Shown in pieces: positions 17,215 to 26,724 of a DNA stretch of 64,000 nt. The translations under genes were made by a program, and so were the position numbers. Origin of the DNA: an uncultured Gemmatimonadales bacterium. GTDB taxonomy: Bacteria; Gemmatimonadota; Gemmatimonadetes; Gemmatimonadales; GWC2-71-9. The notes beneath the pieces were generated by a model. That model was given only the letters and a program-made list of their open reading frames with translations, searched no databases and was not told the DNA's origin. The stretch spans positions 454,409-518,408 of the forward strand of contig CAWHST010000004.1 in NCBI GenBank assembly GCA_963832055.1, given 5' to 3'. The first letter of the stretch is position 1. Each line of letters begins with the position of its first letter.

Positions 17215-20207
17215 TGTGGTAATGAATCCGCCTGGAGTTTGGCGACCCGCCGCCGCCGCTGGCTTGGCGAGCTCTCTTGCCCTCGCCCGCTCGATGCGGA
17301 CCGCGCTGATCTTGAACGCGGCGATGCGGGCGTAAGGGTCGAGCTGCGGGTTGGTCAGCAGGTTGGCGGCGGCCTCCCGGAAATGCATCGGCATGAACAC
17401 CTGGCCCAGCGCCTGCCGGTCGGAGATGCGGACCCCGATGAGCACCGCCCCGCGGCGGGAAGTGACCCGAACGGTGTCGCCCTCGCATACGCCGAGGTCG
17501 ATGGCGTCGGCGGGATGGATCTCGATGATCGGGGTCGGCTCGCGGGAGTCGAGCCCTTCCGACCGGCGCGACATCGTTCCGGTGTGCCAGTGGTACATCT
17601 GGCGCCCGGTGTTGAGGATGTACGGGTACTCCTCGCTCGGCAGCTCGTCCGGCTTGAGGAACTCGACGGGCACGAAGCGGGCCTTGCCGTCCGGCGTGGG
17701 AAACGCGTCCTGGAAGAGAAACGGCGTACCGGTCGAGTCGGGGGTCGGCACCGGATACTGGATCGAGCGCAGCCGCTCGAGCATCGCGTAGCTCACCCCG
17801 CGCCACGACGGCGTCACGCTGGCGATCTCGCGCATCACGTCGCCCGGCGAGCGATAGTCGGTGGGCAGCCCGAGCCGGTTGCTCAGCTCGATCAGGATGT
17901 CGAGGTCGCGGCGCGCCTGACCGGGCGGATCGAGCGCGGCCTCGGTGAGCTGAATGTGGCGGTCGGTATTGACGAAGGTGCCACCCTTTTCGGCGAAGGA
18001 GGAGCCCGGGCAGCACCACGTCCGCCCAGCGCGCGGTCTCGGTGAGGAACAGGTCCTGTACCGCCAGGAACTCCAGCCCGCGCACCCAGTGCTCGGCGTG
18101 GGAGATGTTCGGATCGGAGAGCACCGGGTTCTCGCCCATGATGTAGAGGCCGCGGATCGGGCTGTCGTCCTGCACCATCTCCGTGACCATCAGTCCGTGC
18201 TGGAGCGAGAGGGACTCCTCCGGCACCCGCCAGGCCTTGGCGTACTCGGCGCGGTTGGCGGCGTCGGTGACCGGCCGGTAGTCGGTGTAGGCGAACGGGA
18301 TCGCGCCCATGTCGCTGGCGCCCTGCACGTTGTTCTGGCCCCGGATGGGGAGCATCGCCGCGCCCCACTTCCCGATCATCCCGCAGGCGAGCATCAGGTT
18401 CAACAGGCTCGCCACGATGTCGGTGCCGGTGTTGTGCTGGGTGAGGCCCATCGCCCAAAGGGTCGAGGTGCGCGGTCCCCGGGCATACATCTCCGCGGCG
18501 GCGCGGATGGTCGCCGCCGGGATGCCGGTGATCTTGGCGGTGCTCTCCGGGGTGTAGCCCGCGACCGACTCCTTTACCTTCTCGAAATCGTGGGTCCGCC
18601 CCTCGATGAACTTCCGGTCGGTGAGCCCGGCGGCGATGATGTGGTTCACCATCCCGTTGTAGAGCGCCACGTCGGTGCCCGGCAACATCTGGAGATGGAT
18701 GTCGGCCAGGTCGGCAAGCTCCGTGCGCCGGACGTCGGCGACGATGAGGCGCGCGCCCTTGGATACCGCCCGCTTGATCAGCGCGCCGAAGACCGGATGG
18801 GTCTCGGTGGTATTGGCGCCCGAGATGAAGATGACGTCGCACGCCTCCTCGATCTCCCGCATCGAGCCCGACGCCGCGGAGGTCGCGAGCGCGCGGCCCA
18901 TCGCCGCCACGGAGCTCGAGTGGCAGAGCCGGGTGCAGTGGTCCACGCTGTTGGTGCCGAAGCCGGCCCGGACCATCCGCATGAAGACGTAGTTGTCCTC
19001 GTTGCTGCACTTGGCGGAGGAGAGCGCGGCCAGCGCGCGCGGGCCGTGGACCTGGCGGATCCGCTTCAGCTCCTGAGCCACCAGGCTCAGCGCCTCATCC
19101 CAGGTGGCCTCGCGGAACGCGCTGTGCCATGCCGGCGGGGTGGCGACGCGATCGCGCACGTCGTCCTCCTCCGCGTTGGGCACGCCGGTCATCGGCGGCT
19201 TTCCCACGCTGCGCTGTGGGCGGCCGAGGCTTCTTTCGAGAGCCCATCTCCTCGATCGTCTGCCAGGGGCCTTCGCGGTGCCGGGGCCATTCGCCGGTCC
19301 ATACCCACTGCTCGCCGTCGTGCATCCAGCCTTTGCGGATCACCGGGGTCATCAACCGGTCCCGGTGCATCGGGAAGTCGTAGCCGAAGCGCCCCTTCAC
19401 GCAGGTCGAGCCCTGGTTCGGCGTCCGCTCCTCGATGTCGGGCGAGGTGACCCGCATGATCTGGTCGCCTTTCACGTGGAGATCGATCTGGCACCCTACG
19501 CCGCAGTAGGGACAGACCGAGCGGACCACCTTGTCGGGGGTGCGGACGGCCTCCGATCCGAAGCGCTGTTTGGGGATGAACTCGAAGATCGCTCCGGTGG
19601 GGCAGACCCGGACGCACTCGCCGCACCAGGTGCAGCCCGCGTGATCGGGGTCGCCGTCGCCGCCGACGATGATCTGAGCATGCTCGCCCCGCATCCCCAC
19701 ATCGAGCACCCCTACCTCCTGGATGTCCTCGCAGGCCCGCACGCAGCGGGTGCAGAGGATGCAGGTGCTCATGTCGTGCTGGATCATCACGTCGCCGGGA
19801 CGCTCGTCGCCGGACCGGAGGGGAAGCTCGTGATAGTCGCGGATGGGGACGTCGTACTGAGTGACGTAGCGCTCGAACTCGTTGCGCGGGTGGCTGCGTC
19901 CACCGTTCTGGAGGTGCTCGCCCGGATATCGCTCGAGCAGGAGGCCGAGAACGCCCCGACGACTCTCTACGGCGGCCTGGGACTCGGTCTCCACCACCAT
20001 GCCCTCGGCCGCCGGCGTGGCGCAGGCGGGCACCATCTTGCCCTGGCCCTGAACCGACACCAGGCAGATGCGGCAGTTCCCCACGATGGGCAACTTGGGG
20101 TACCAGCAGAGGGTCGGGATGTCGATGCCGGCGGCCCGGGCGGCCTCCAGGATGGTGGCCCCAGGCTCGAAAGCAACGTCACTGCCGTTGACGACAATCT
20201 TGGCCAT
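17206..20207 (-). CDS. FdhA/FdsA-like molybdopterin oxidoreductase alpha subunit (2Fe-2S + 4Fe-4S + MopB + C-terminal molybdopterin-binding domain); two frameshifts
   Basis: ORF 19095..20207 gives MAKIVVNGSDV...CWYPKLPIVGNCRICLV..., the CILCTRCVRAC, CTWCGECVRVCP and CPYCGVGCQIDLH clusters. ORF 17192..19207 gives ...CSNEDNYVF...DHCTRLCHSSS...GANTTETHPV...RGQNNVQG. The frame of ORF 17206..17838 extends upstream to ~18005 (SSFAEKGGTFVNTDRHIQL...YILNTGRQMYHWHTG...). Shifts at ~19210 and ~18005. Confidence 0.88.
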
Positions 20208-20290
20208 TGCGCACCGAGTTTCGGCGGAAGACAGGCGATCTAAGTGAGTTTAGACCCGGCAGATGGGAGGGGCAAGGGGAGCTGGCGGGC

Positions 20291-20324
20291 AAAAGAAACA
20301 CCCCCGGACCACGGTCGGGGGTGT
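20291..20324 (-). terminator. Rho-independent terminator (minus strand)
   Basis: On the minus strand: ACACCCCCG-(9 nt)-CGGGGGTGT followed by TTCTTTTG. It lies downstream of the small ORF ending at 20368 and upstream of the FdhA-like start at 20207. Confidence 0.6.
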
Positions 20325-20367
20325 GCCTCGATACGCCGACCTCGCGCAGCGAGCGCCTTGCGCGCTG

Positions 20368-20535
20368 CTACGCGGCGTGTTCCGTCGGGACCCGCTGATG
20401 CCAGTGGTCCTGGGCGGTCTCCTCGTCCGCGGCCCACATGTAGGCCCAGAAGCGCACGGGCTTCGGGGCGGGCCCGCCGTTCTTGATGACGATGCCGAGC
20501 GGCGCCGAGGGAACGGCGATGGGGATGGTGGTCAC
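20368..20535 (-). CDS. Hypothetical small protein (55 aa)
   Basis: GTG start preceded by GAGGAAAG 5 nt upstream (MTTIPIAVPSAPLGIVIKNGGPAPKPVRFWAYMWAADEETAQDHWHQRV...). An intrinsic terminator follows. No family recognised. Confidence 0.35.
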   Translation of the reverse strand: MTTIPIAVPSAPLGIVIKNGGPAPKPVRFWAYMWAADEETAQDHWHQRVPTEHAA

Positions 20536-20670
20536 GGGACTTTCCTCGCTGACGAGAGAGCCACGACTGCGTCTCGCCCGAGAGAAGGCACGCCCCATGC
20601 CTCCCTGATGCAGGCCGCTAACCTGTTACAACAACGGAGTTTGGAGGGCGGGGAAACAGCCGGCCAAGTG

Positions 20671-21552
20671 TCAGTTGGACGCGGCGAGCGGTGATGCCGC
20701 CGCGTCCGGTGGACACGTGGGCTTGGCGAGCAAAAGCCCATCGGGCCGGCGGGCGGTGATCGCGCGCTTGCGGCGCGGCGGCTCCTCTTCCACGGTCCAT
20801 CCGTCGTAGAGCCCGCGGATCGAATCCGGCGACAGCGCCCGGCACCCACCCAGCACCACGTGAACTCCCCCGGGGCGACTGCGCCGCTGGAGATCCTTGA
20901 GAAGCGCGGCACGGGCGGGCGGCTTGAACCCGGACAGCGTGTTGGGGTCGAGGACGACGATGTCCACTCCGTCGAGCGCCTCGAGGAAGCCGGGCAGCGC
21001 CGGCCCGAGAGGCGCCACGAAGCCCTCGAACAGACTCGCCAGTGCTTCCGCCGCCATGCGAGACTCGACCCGCTCGACGCAGCCGACGTCGCAGGTCACG
21101 AAGGTGACAGCGGCATCGTGCGCGGCGAGGAGGTAGGTGGCCGGCTCCGCACCGGCGCCGATCACCAGCGCGGTATCGTGCGACTCGATGCGGGGCAGGA
21201 GGCGGGCGAGCGCGCACCCGCCGTCGAGACCCCAATGCACCGGGGTGCGCTGCGCCTCGCGCAGCTTCCGGAACTGCTCGCGCCAACGGCGATAGGGCCG
21301 GAGGGCGAGCCGCTTCATGATGAGCCGGTCCACCGTCTCGAGCATGAGCACTTCGGTGAGCACGAACTGGCCCTCGGACGTCGCCTGCAACTCCGAGGCG
21401 GCCTCGTCGCCCAGTCGCATCAATTCCTCCCGGCCGATCGAGTTCTTGAATCCCTCGATCCGCTGGAGGATGTACTCGTGATAGTGCTGCTTGTCGGAAT
21501 AGGGCGAGCGCCGCCGCCGCTGAGCGCCACGGATCTCGGTGGCGTTCAGCAT
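20671..21552 (-). CDS. Hypothetical protein; C-terminal half resembles a Rossmann/class-I methyltransferase-like fold
   Basis: Intact 293-aa ORF. The pattern ...TALVIGAGAEPATYLLAAHDAAVTFVTCD...IVVLDPNTL...RPGGVHVV is only suggestive. The N-terminal ~110 aa are unrecognised. Confidence 0.55.
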   Translation of the reverse strand: MLNATEIRGAQRRRRSPYSDKQHYHEYILQRIEGFKNSIGREELMRLGDEAASELQATSEGQFVLTEVLMLETVDRLIMKRLALRPYRRWREQFRKLREAQRTPVHWGLDGGCALARLLPRIESHDTALVIGAGAEPATYLLAAHDAAVTFVTCDVGCVERVESRMAAEALASLFEGFVAPLGPALPGFLEALDGVDIVVLDPNTLSGFKPPARAALLKDLQRRSRPGGVHVVLGGCRALSPDSIRGLYDGWTVEEEPPRRKRAITARRPDGLLLAKPTCPPDAAASPLAASN

Positions 21553-21718
21553 GACGTCCTGATCGGCAGGAGGCCGCGCGCAACGGGGCGGCCGGTGACG
21601 AAGTTCACCGAATAAGCTGTATGGAATGGGCTCCGGACGGACGATGGCCCCACGAAGGCCACCGTGATTGACAATGGTGCAAATTCATACATCGGGTGGG
21701 TCGGGTCAAGGCGGCAAG

Positions 21719-22873
21719 CTAGTCTGCCTCCAAAAGGGCGCCCTTGAGGTATCCCGTCTCGGGGATGGTCAGTACCTCGGGGTGATCCTCACCCTGGCCC
21801 AGGATGCGCCGCACGCGGATCCGGCGGCCGCTGTCGCCGGCGGCCTCGGTGAGCATCGCGAGGAACTCCGGCAGCCGGACGTGGAACGAGCAGGAGGCCG
21901 TCAGCAGCGTGCCGCCGGGAGCGAGGCAGCGCATCGCGCGGAGGTTGATCTCCCGGTAGCCGCGGATCGCATCCGGGACCGTGGCCCGAGACTTGGCAAA
22001 GGCTGGGGGGTCGAGCACGATGGTGTCGAACCGCTCCCGCGCTCGGGCCATCGTGCGGAGCGCCTCGAAGGCGTCGGCTTCGCGAAACTCGAGATTGGCC
22101 AGGCCGTTGAGCGCCGCATTGGCTCTGGCCCTCTCCAGTGCGTCCCCGCTCGAGTCGAGGGCGAGCACGCTGCCGGCCCGCCTCGCCAGATGCAGGGCGA
22201 ACGAGCCGTGATACGTGAAACAGTCCAGAGCTCGCCCACCCTGACGGGTGATGTCCCCGGCGAGCAGGCGATTGGGGCGCTGGTCGAGAAACGCCCCGGT
22301 CTTCTGTCCGTCCCAGGGGGCGGCGAGGTACCGCACGCCGCCTTCGCGCACCTCGATCTCCCGGGGCACCGAGCCGAAGACCTCCTCGATCTCGGCCGGA
22401 AGGTGCTCCCGGCGGCGGGCGGGGACGTCGTGCCGGAGCAGGATGCCCGCGGGGTCGAAGAGTGAGGCGAGCGCGTCGAGGATCGGCTGCCGCATCGTCT
22501 CCAACCCGGCGGAGAGAATCTGCGCCACGATCCATCTGTCGTAGCGATCCACCACCAGTGAAGGCAATCCGTCCCCTTCACCATGCACCAACCGGCAGGC
22601 TGTGGCGTCGATGCCGGCCCGGCGGGCCGCGGCCGCCTCGATCCGTTCCCGCCACCACGCCGGGTCCACGGCGCGGTCGCCGCGCTCCAGCAAACGCAGC
22701 CTGATCTCCGACCCTGGGGAGAGCAGCCCCTGGCCGATGAATCGGCCGCGCGGGTCCTGGACGGGCACCAGGCCCGGCTCGGGCGGATGGCTCTCGACGT
22801 CGCTGCGATAGATCCAGGGATGTCCTCGAACCCAGCGCTCGGCGCCGCGCGCCGTCACTCGGGCAGGGATCAC
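21719..22873 (-). CDS. rlmI: 23S rRNA m5C methyltransferase RlmI-like (PUA + class I SAM MTase)
   Basis: ...GHPWIYRSDV...LVHGEGDGLPSLVVDRYD...QKTGAFLDQRPNR...ALDCFTYHGSFALHLA...IVLDPPAFAKS...YREINLRAMRCLAPGGTLLTASCS. The GTG start at 22871-22873 forms a GTGA overlap with the aroH stop. Track ORF 21719..23938 is a read-through extension. Confidence 0.85.
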   Translation of the reverse strand: MIPARVTARGAERWVRGHPWIYRSDVESHPPEPGLVPVQDPRGRFIGQGLLSPGSEIRLRLLERGDRAVDPAWWRERIEAAAARRAGIDATACRLVHGEGDGLPSLVVDRYDRWIVAQILSAGLETMRQPILDALASLFDPAGILLRHDVPARRREHLPAEIEEVFGSVPREIEVREGGVRYLAAPWDGQKTGAFLDQRPNRLLAGDITRQGGRALDCFTYHGSFALHLARRAGSVLALDSSGDALERARANAALNGLANLEFREADAFEALRTMARARERFDTIVLDPPAFAKSRATVPDAIRGYREINLRAMRCLAPGGTLLTASCSFHVRLPEFLAMLTEAAGDSGRRIRVRRILGQGEDHPEVLTIPETGYLKGALLEAD

Positions 22874-23244
22874 GCCCGGTCGGGACGGAGAACCGTGGCC
22901 CCCCGCAGATAGCAATGCTTGATTTCGCCGCGGTCGCGGCGAGTGTAGGCGTGAACCAGCAGCCGGATGCAGCGGGGAAGCGACCCCGGCACTGGAATTT
23001 CCGACGCGTGCAGCAGCGCCACGATGTTCCACCCGAAGTCCTCCGCGGCCCGGGCGGGGAAGGCGGCGTCGAGGTCCCGGGTGACCGTGAAGAGCGCGCT
23101 CACGATGTCGTCGGGCTGGAGCTCGTTGCTCTCGATCAGCGTGCGGAGCAGCTCGTCGGTCGCGGCGAGGATCTCGGACGCGTCGTTGCGCTCGACGGTG
23201 GTGGCGCCGCGGATGCCGTGCAACCGGGGAGTGGGGAGCGTCAT
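22870..23244 (-). CDS. aroH: Chorismate mutase, AroH class
   Basis: MTLPTPRLHGIRGATTVERNDASEIL...ALFTVTRDLDAAFPA...CIRLLVHAYT...HCYLRGATVLRPD closely follows the monofunctional AroH pattern (IRGIRGATTVE...VFPA...CIRV...LRPD). Confidence 0.88.
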   Translation of the reverse strand: MTLPTPRLHGIRGATTVERNDASEILAATDELLRTLIESNELQPDDIVSALFTVTRDLDAAFPARAAEDFGWNIVALLHASEIPVPGSLPRCIRLLVHAYTRRDRGEIKHCYLRGATVLRPDRA

Positions 23245-23860
23245 GGCAGATAATGTAGCGGCGATGGTTCGGCTGATGCTCGTCACCGACGACCGGTTGG
23301 TCGAGGGACGGGACCTGGTGGCGCTGGCGCTGGCCGCCGAGCGCGGCGGGGCGACGTCGTTGCAGCTTCGGCTCAAGCTGGCCTCGCCCCGCGAGCAGGT
23401 CGACCGAGCCCGCGCGCTGGTCGCGGCACTGCGGATCCCGGTGCTGGTGAACGACCGGCCCGACATCGCGCTCGCCGCGGGGGCCGCCGGTGTGCACCTC
23501 GGCCCGGACGATCTGCCGGTGGCGCTGGCCCGCCGGATAGCGCCACCCGGCTTCATCATCGGCGCCTCGGTCGGCGCGGCCGCCGAAGCCGATGCCGCGG
23601 CCCAGGCCGACTACTGGGGCATCGGACCCTGGAGGGCGACGGGGACGAAGGCGGACGCGGGTGCGGCGCTCGGGGCGGAGGGGTTCCGAAGGCTTTCGGC
23701 GCTGGGAGCCGGCAGGCCGTGCATCGCCATCGGTGCCGTGCGGCCGGAGGACGTGCCTCTGGTGCTCGCTGCCGGCGGGTCTGGGGTGGGGGTGGTATCG
23801 GGGATACTCGGAGAGGAGGACGTGGAGCGGGCCACCCGGCGATTCGCGGCCTCGGGATGA
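23243..23860 (+). CDS. thiE: Thiamine-phosphate synthase
   Basis: ...RLMLVTDDRL...GGATSLQLRLK...RIPVLVNDRPDIALAAGAAGVHLGPDDLP...IIGASV...ADYWGIGPWRATGTKAD...IAIGAV...GGSGVGVVSGIL. An alternative start is at 23264. Confidence 0.88.
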   Translation: MADNVAAMVRLMLVTDDRLVEGRDLVALALAAERGGATSLQLRLKLASPREQVDRARALVAALRIPVLVNDRPDIALAAGAAGVHLGPDDLPVALARRIAPPGFIIGASVGAAAEADAAAQADYWGIGPWRATGTKADAGAALGAEGFRRLSALGAGRPCIAIGAVRPEDVPLVLAAGGSGVGVVSGILGEEDVERATRRFAASG

Positions 23861-23873
23861 CAGGTGCCGCCTG

Positions 23874-24956
23874 CTATCTCCCTCGCCGCACCCGCGCGAT
23901 CGACCGCAGGTGCTCGTCGTAGGTCTTGGAGAACACATGCCGTCCGTCCGGCCCCGCCACGAAATAGAGGTAGGGCACCTTCGCTGGATGGAGCGAGGCC
24001 TCGAGGCTCCGCCGGCTGGGTGAGTTCACCGGCCCCGGCGGCAAGCCCCGGTTGAGGTAGGTGTTGTACGGCGACCGGAACTGATAGTCTCTGGTGAAGA
24101 GCCTGGGCTTGCGCTTTCCGGTGGCGAGGAAGATCGCGTACTGCACCGTCGGGTCGGCCTGCAGCGCCATCCCGATGCGAAGCCGGTTGTGGTAGACCCC
24201 GGCGATCGTTTCGCGCTCGTCATCGGCCCGCGCCTCGCCTTCCACGATCGAGGCGAAGGTGACCAGCTGCGCCGGGGTCCAGCCCAGGGAATCGAGGCGC
24301 CGGTCCCACTCGGGCTTCCAGGCCGACTTGAATCCCTCGGCCATCACCCGCACCAGCTCCGGCGCCGTCGTTCCCAGCCGGAGCGAGTAGGTCTCCGGCC
24401 GGAGGAATCCCTCGAACGAACGGACCGGAAAACCCAATGTCGCCGAGGCGGCGGCGCTGTCTCGCGCGGCGGCCATCACCGAGTCGGCCGGTATCCCAAG
24501 CTTCTGTTGCGCCAGCGCCGAAACCTCGGGAATGGTGAGGCCCTCGGGGACCGTGAACCGGGTCGCCACCTCGTCGCCCGCCTCGAGGATATCGAGCACT
24601 TTCCAGACGGAGATTCCGGGGGTGAACTGGTACACTCCCGCCCGCACCGAGCGGTCGGCGCCCCGCACCCGGGCGATCAACTTGAACCAGAAGCGGCTCC
24701 TGACGACGCCGTGGGCGGCCAGCGTGTCAGTCACCGCCGAGAAAGTCGCACCGGGCGGGAGGGTGACCCGTTCGGCGGAGGAGTTGCTGCCGCAGGCGAG
24801 GAGGGTGAGGGTGAGAAGGAAGCACAGGGCGGACGGGCGGACGGGCGGACGGGCGGAACCAAGGGCCGCTACCGAACCTTGCTCCGGGCATCGGGCACCG
24901 TCCGTCCGTCCGCCCGTCCGCCCGTCCGCCCTACCGGTCACGCACCCGCCTGGCAT
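23874..24956 (-). CDS. mltG: Endolytic murein transglycosylase MltG (YceG-like)
   Basis: ...AGVYQFTPGISVWKVLDIL...FTVPEGLT...GFLRPETY...LVTFASIVEGEA...IAGVYHNRLRIGMALQADPTVQY...SPYNTYLNRGLPPGPVNSP...YLYFVA. The start is uncertain (ATG 24956 or GTG 24941), and the N-terminus is read through palindromic element B1. Confidence 0.88.
   Translation of the reverse strand: MPGGCVTGRADGRTGGRTDGARCPEQGSVAALGSARPPVRPSALCFLLTLTLLACGSNSSAERVTLPPGATFSAVTDTLAAHGVVRSRFWFKLIARVRGADRSVRAGVYQFTPGISVWKVLDILEAGDEVATRFTVPEGLTIPEVSALAQQKLGIPADSVMAAARDSAAASATLGFPVRSFEGFLRPETYSLRLGTTAPELVRVMAEGFKSAWKPEWDRRLDSLGWTPAQLVTFASIVEGEARADDERETIAGVYHNRLRIGMALQADPTVQYAIFLATGKRKPRLFTRDYQFRSPYNTYLNRGLPPGPVNSPSRRSLEASLHPAKVPYLYFVAGPDGRHVFSKTYDEHLRSIARVRRGR
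24827..24931. repeat. REP-like palindromic element, family B copy 1 ((GGACGGGC)n arm / ~40-nt loop / (GCCCGTCC)n arm)
   Basis: GGGCGGACGGGCGGACGGGCGGACGGGCGGA occupies 24827-24857. CCGTCCGTCCGTCCGCCCGTCCGCCCGTCCGCCC occupies 24898-24931. At least 24 nt of the two arms are perfectly complementary. Confidence 0.7.
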
Positions 24957-25374
24957 CCAGGAAATGCTGCAGCAGCACCGCGGCCGCCAGTGAATCCACG
25001 TCGGCTTTCCGGCCCCGAGTACTGCCGCCCTGCTCGCGAATAGCGGCGAGCGCCCGCGCGGTGCTCATCCGCTCGTCCCACAGCTCGACCGGGAGCCCGC
25101 TCTTGCCGGCCAGGCCGCCGGCGAGCTCGCGGGCGGCGACGGCGCTCTCCTCCTCGTCACCCTCACCGGTCAGCGGCAAGCCCACCACTAGGCCGGACGG
25201 CTCGTGCAGCGCGATCAGCTCGAGGAATCTCGACATGGGAAAGCGCTTGCCCCGCCGGCGGACCAGCGTCTCCAGCGGCGTGGCCAGGGTTTGAGTCTCG
25301 TCGCTGAGCGCCAGGCCGATCCGGACCTCGCCCCAGTCGACCGCCAGAATCCGGCCCTCCACGGGAAGTGGCAT
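24931..25374 (-). CDS. ruvX: Putative pre-16S rRNA nuclease / Holliday junction resolvase-like YqgF
   Basis: MPLPVEGRILAVDWGEVRIGLALSDE...GLVVGLPL...DERMSTARA. Track ORF 24931..25449 over-extends into palindrome A2. Confidence 0.88.
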   Translation of the reverse strand: MPLPVEGRILAVDWGEVRIGLALSDETQTLATPLETLVRRRGKRFPMSRFLELIALHEPSGLVVGLPLTGEGDEEESAVAARELAGGLAGKSGLPVELWDERMSTARALAAIREQGGSTRGRKADVDSLAAAVLLQHFLDARRVRDR

Positions 25375-25387
25375 CCGGGGAATAAAG

Positions 25388-25466
25388 CGGGAAAGGTGAA
25401 CCGTGAACAGTAAAAGGGGGTCGCAGGACGACCCCCCTTCACCGTTCACCGTTCACTTTTCCCGCT
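25388..25466. repeat. REP-like palindromic element, family A copy 2 (GTGAACN heptad arms, imperfect)
   Basis: GCGGGAAAGGTGAACCGTGAACAGTAAAAGGGGGTCG / CAGGA / CGACCCCCCTTCACCGTTCACCGTTCACTTTTCCCGC, with ~5 arm mismatches. It begins 5 nt after the rho stop (25471) and lies ahead of the ruvX start (25374). Confidence 0.65.
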
Positions 25467-25470
25467 GTAT

Positions 25471-26724
25471 CTACTGGGCCATCGTGGCGAAGAATTCCTT
25501 GTTGTTCTTGGTCCGCTTCATCCGCTCGAGCAGGAACTCGAGCGCCTCGACCGGCGGCATGTCCGCCAGGAAGTTGCGCAGCAGGTAGACCCGGTTGAGC
25601 TCGTCCTTGTCCATCAGGAGCTCCTCCTTACGGGTCGAGGTGCGCTGGATATCGATCGCGGGGTAGATCCGGCGGTCGGCCAGGCGGCGGTCGAGCACCA
25701 GCTCCGAGTTGCCGGTGCCCTTGAACTCCTCGAAGATCACCTCGTCCATCCGGCTGCCGGTGTCCACCAGCGCCGTGGCGATGATGCTGAGGCTGCCCCC
25801 CTTGTCGATGTTCCGGGCGGCGCCGAAGAACCGCTTGGGCTTCTGCAGCGCGTTGGCGTCCACGCCGCCGGAGAGAATCTTGCCGGAGTGCGGGACCACC
25901 ACGTTGTGCGCCCGCGCCAGACGGGTGATCGAGTCGAGCAGGATCACCACGTCGCGGCCGTGCTCCACCAGCCGCTTCGACTTCTCGATCACCATGTCGG
26001 CCACCTGGACGTGACGGTCGGCCGGCTCGTCGAAGGTGGAGGAGATGACCTCCGCCTTGACGTTCTCCTCCATGTCGGTGACCTCCTCGGGGCGCTCGTC
26101 GATCAGCAGCACGATGAGGACGATCTCGGGATGGTTCTCGCTGATCGCGTTGGCGAGCTTCTGCATCAGGATGGTCTTACCCGCCTTGGGCGGCGCGACG
26201 ATCAGCGCGCGCTGGCCTTTCCCGAGCGGGGCGAGAAGGTCTACCACCCGCATGGAGAGGTCGCTGTTCTTGCGCTCCAGCCGGATCCGGGAATCGGGGT
26301 ACCGCGGTCGAAGGTTGTCGAACGCGATGCGGTGTTTGGTCTTTTCCGGCTCCTCGAAGTTGACCTGCTCGACCTTGAGCAAGGCGAGGTAGCGCTCCCC
26401 TTCCTTGGGCGGTCGCACCTGGCCCATGACGGTGTCGCCGGTACGGAGGTCGAACCGCTTGATCTGGCTGGGGCTGACGTAGATGTCGTCGGGTCCGTAC
26501 AGGTAGTTCCAGTCCTGGCTCCGGAGGAAGCCGTACCCTTCGGGCAGGATCTCCAGCACTCCCTCGCCCCGGATCACGGTGTCGGAGTCGAGCAGCGACT
26601 GCTCGATGCGGAAGATCAGGTCCTGCTTCCGCAGCCCTGAGTAGTTGGTGATGTTCAACTGCTCGGCGAGAGTGTGCAGCTCGGCGACCGACTTCTGTTT
26701 CAGCTCAGCGATATCCACGGACAT
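25471..26724 (-). CDS. rho: Transcription termination factor Rho
   Basis: [25 protein letters not shown]...[14 protein letters not shown]...[19 protein letters not shown]...[12 protein letters not shown]...[13 protein letters not shown]...GGVDANAL...RIYPAIDI. The start is set at the ATG at 26722-26724, and the track ORF extends to 26910. Confidence 0.95.
   Translation of the reverse strand: MSVDIAELKQKSVAELHTLAEQLNITNYSGLRKQDLIFRIEQSLLDSDTVIRGEGVLEILPEGYGFLRSQDWNYLYGPDDIYVSPSQIKRFDLRTGDTVMGQVRPPKEGERYLALLKVEQVNFEEPEKTKHRIAFDNLRPRYPDSRIRLERKNSDLSMRVVDLLAPLGKGQRALIVAPPKAGKTILMQKLANAISENHPEIVLIVLLIDERPEEVTDMEENVKAEVISSTFDEPADRHVQVADMVIEKSKRLVEHGRDVVILLDSITRLARAHNVVVPHSGKILSGGVDANALQKPKRFFGAARNIDKGGSLSIIATALVDTGSRMDEVIFEEFKGTGNSELVLDRRLADRRIYPAIDIQRTSTRKEELLMDKDELNRVYLLRNFLADMPPVEALEFLLERMKRTKNNKEFFATMAQ

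Noticed and set aside
17206-20207. Possibility that a frame break in the formate-dehydrogenase-like gene is a selenocysteine TGA.
   Set aside because: The active-site position is an ordinary Cys codon (…TRLCHSSS…). The breaks at ~18005 and ~19210 are frame shifts, not in-frame TGA codons, and I saw no SECIS-like hairpin.
21719-23938. 739-aa track ORF, and the 229-aa (22870..23559) and 297-aa (22967..23860) ORFs taken at full length.
   Set aside because: The recognisable proteins (RlmI, AroH, ThiE) begin at internal starts (22873, 23244, 23243). The N-terminal extensions are Arg/Pro-rich antisense or out-of-frame sequence overlapping the neighbouring genes.
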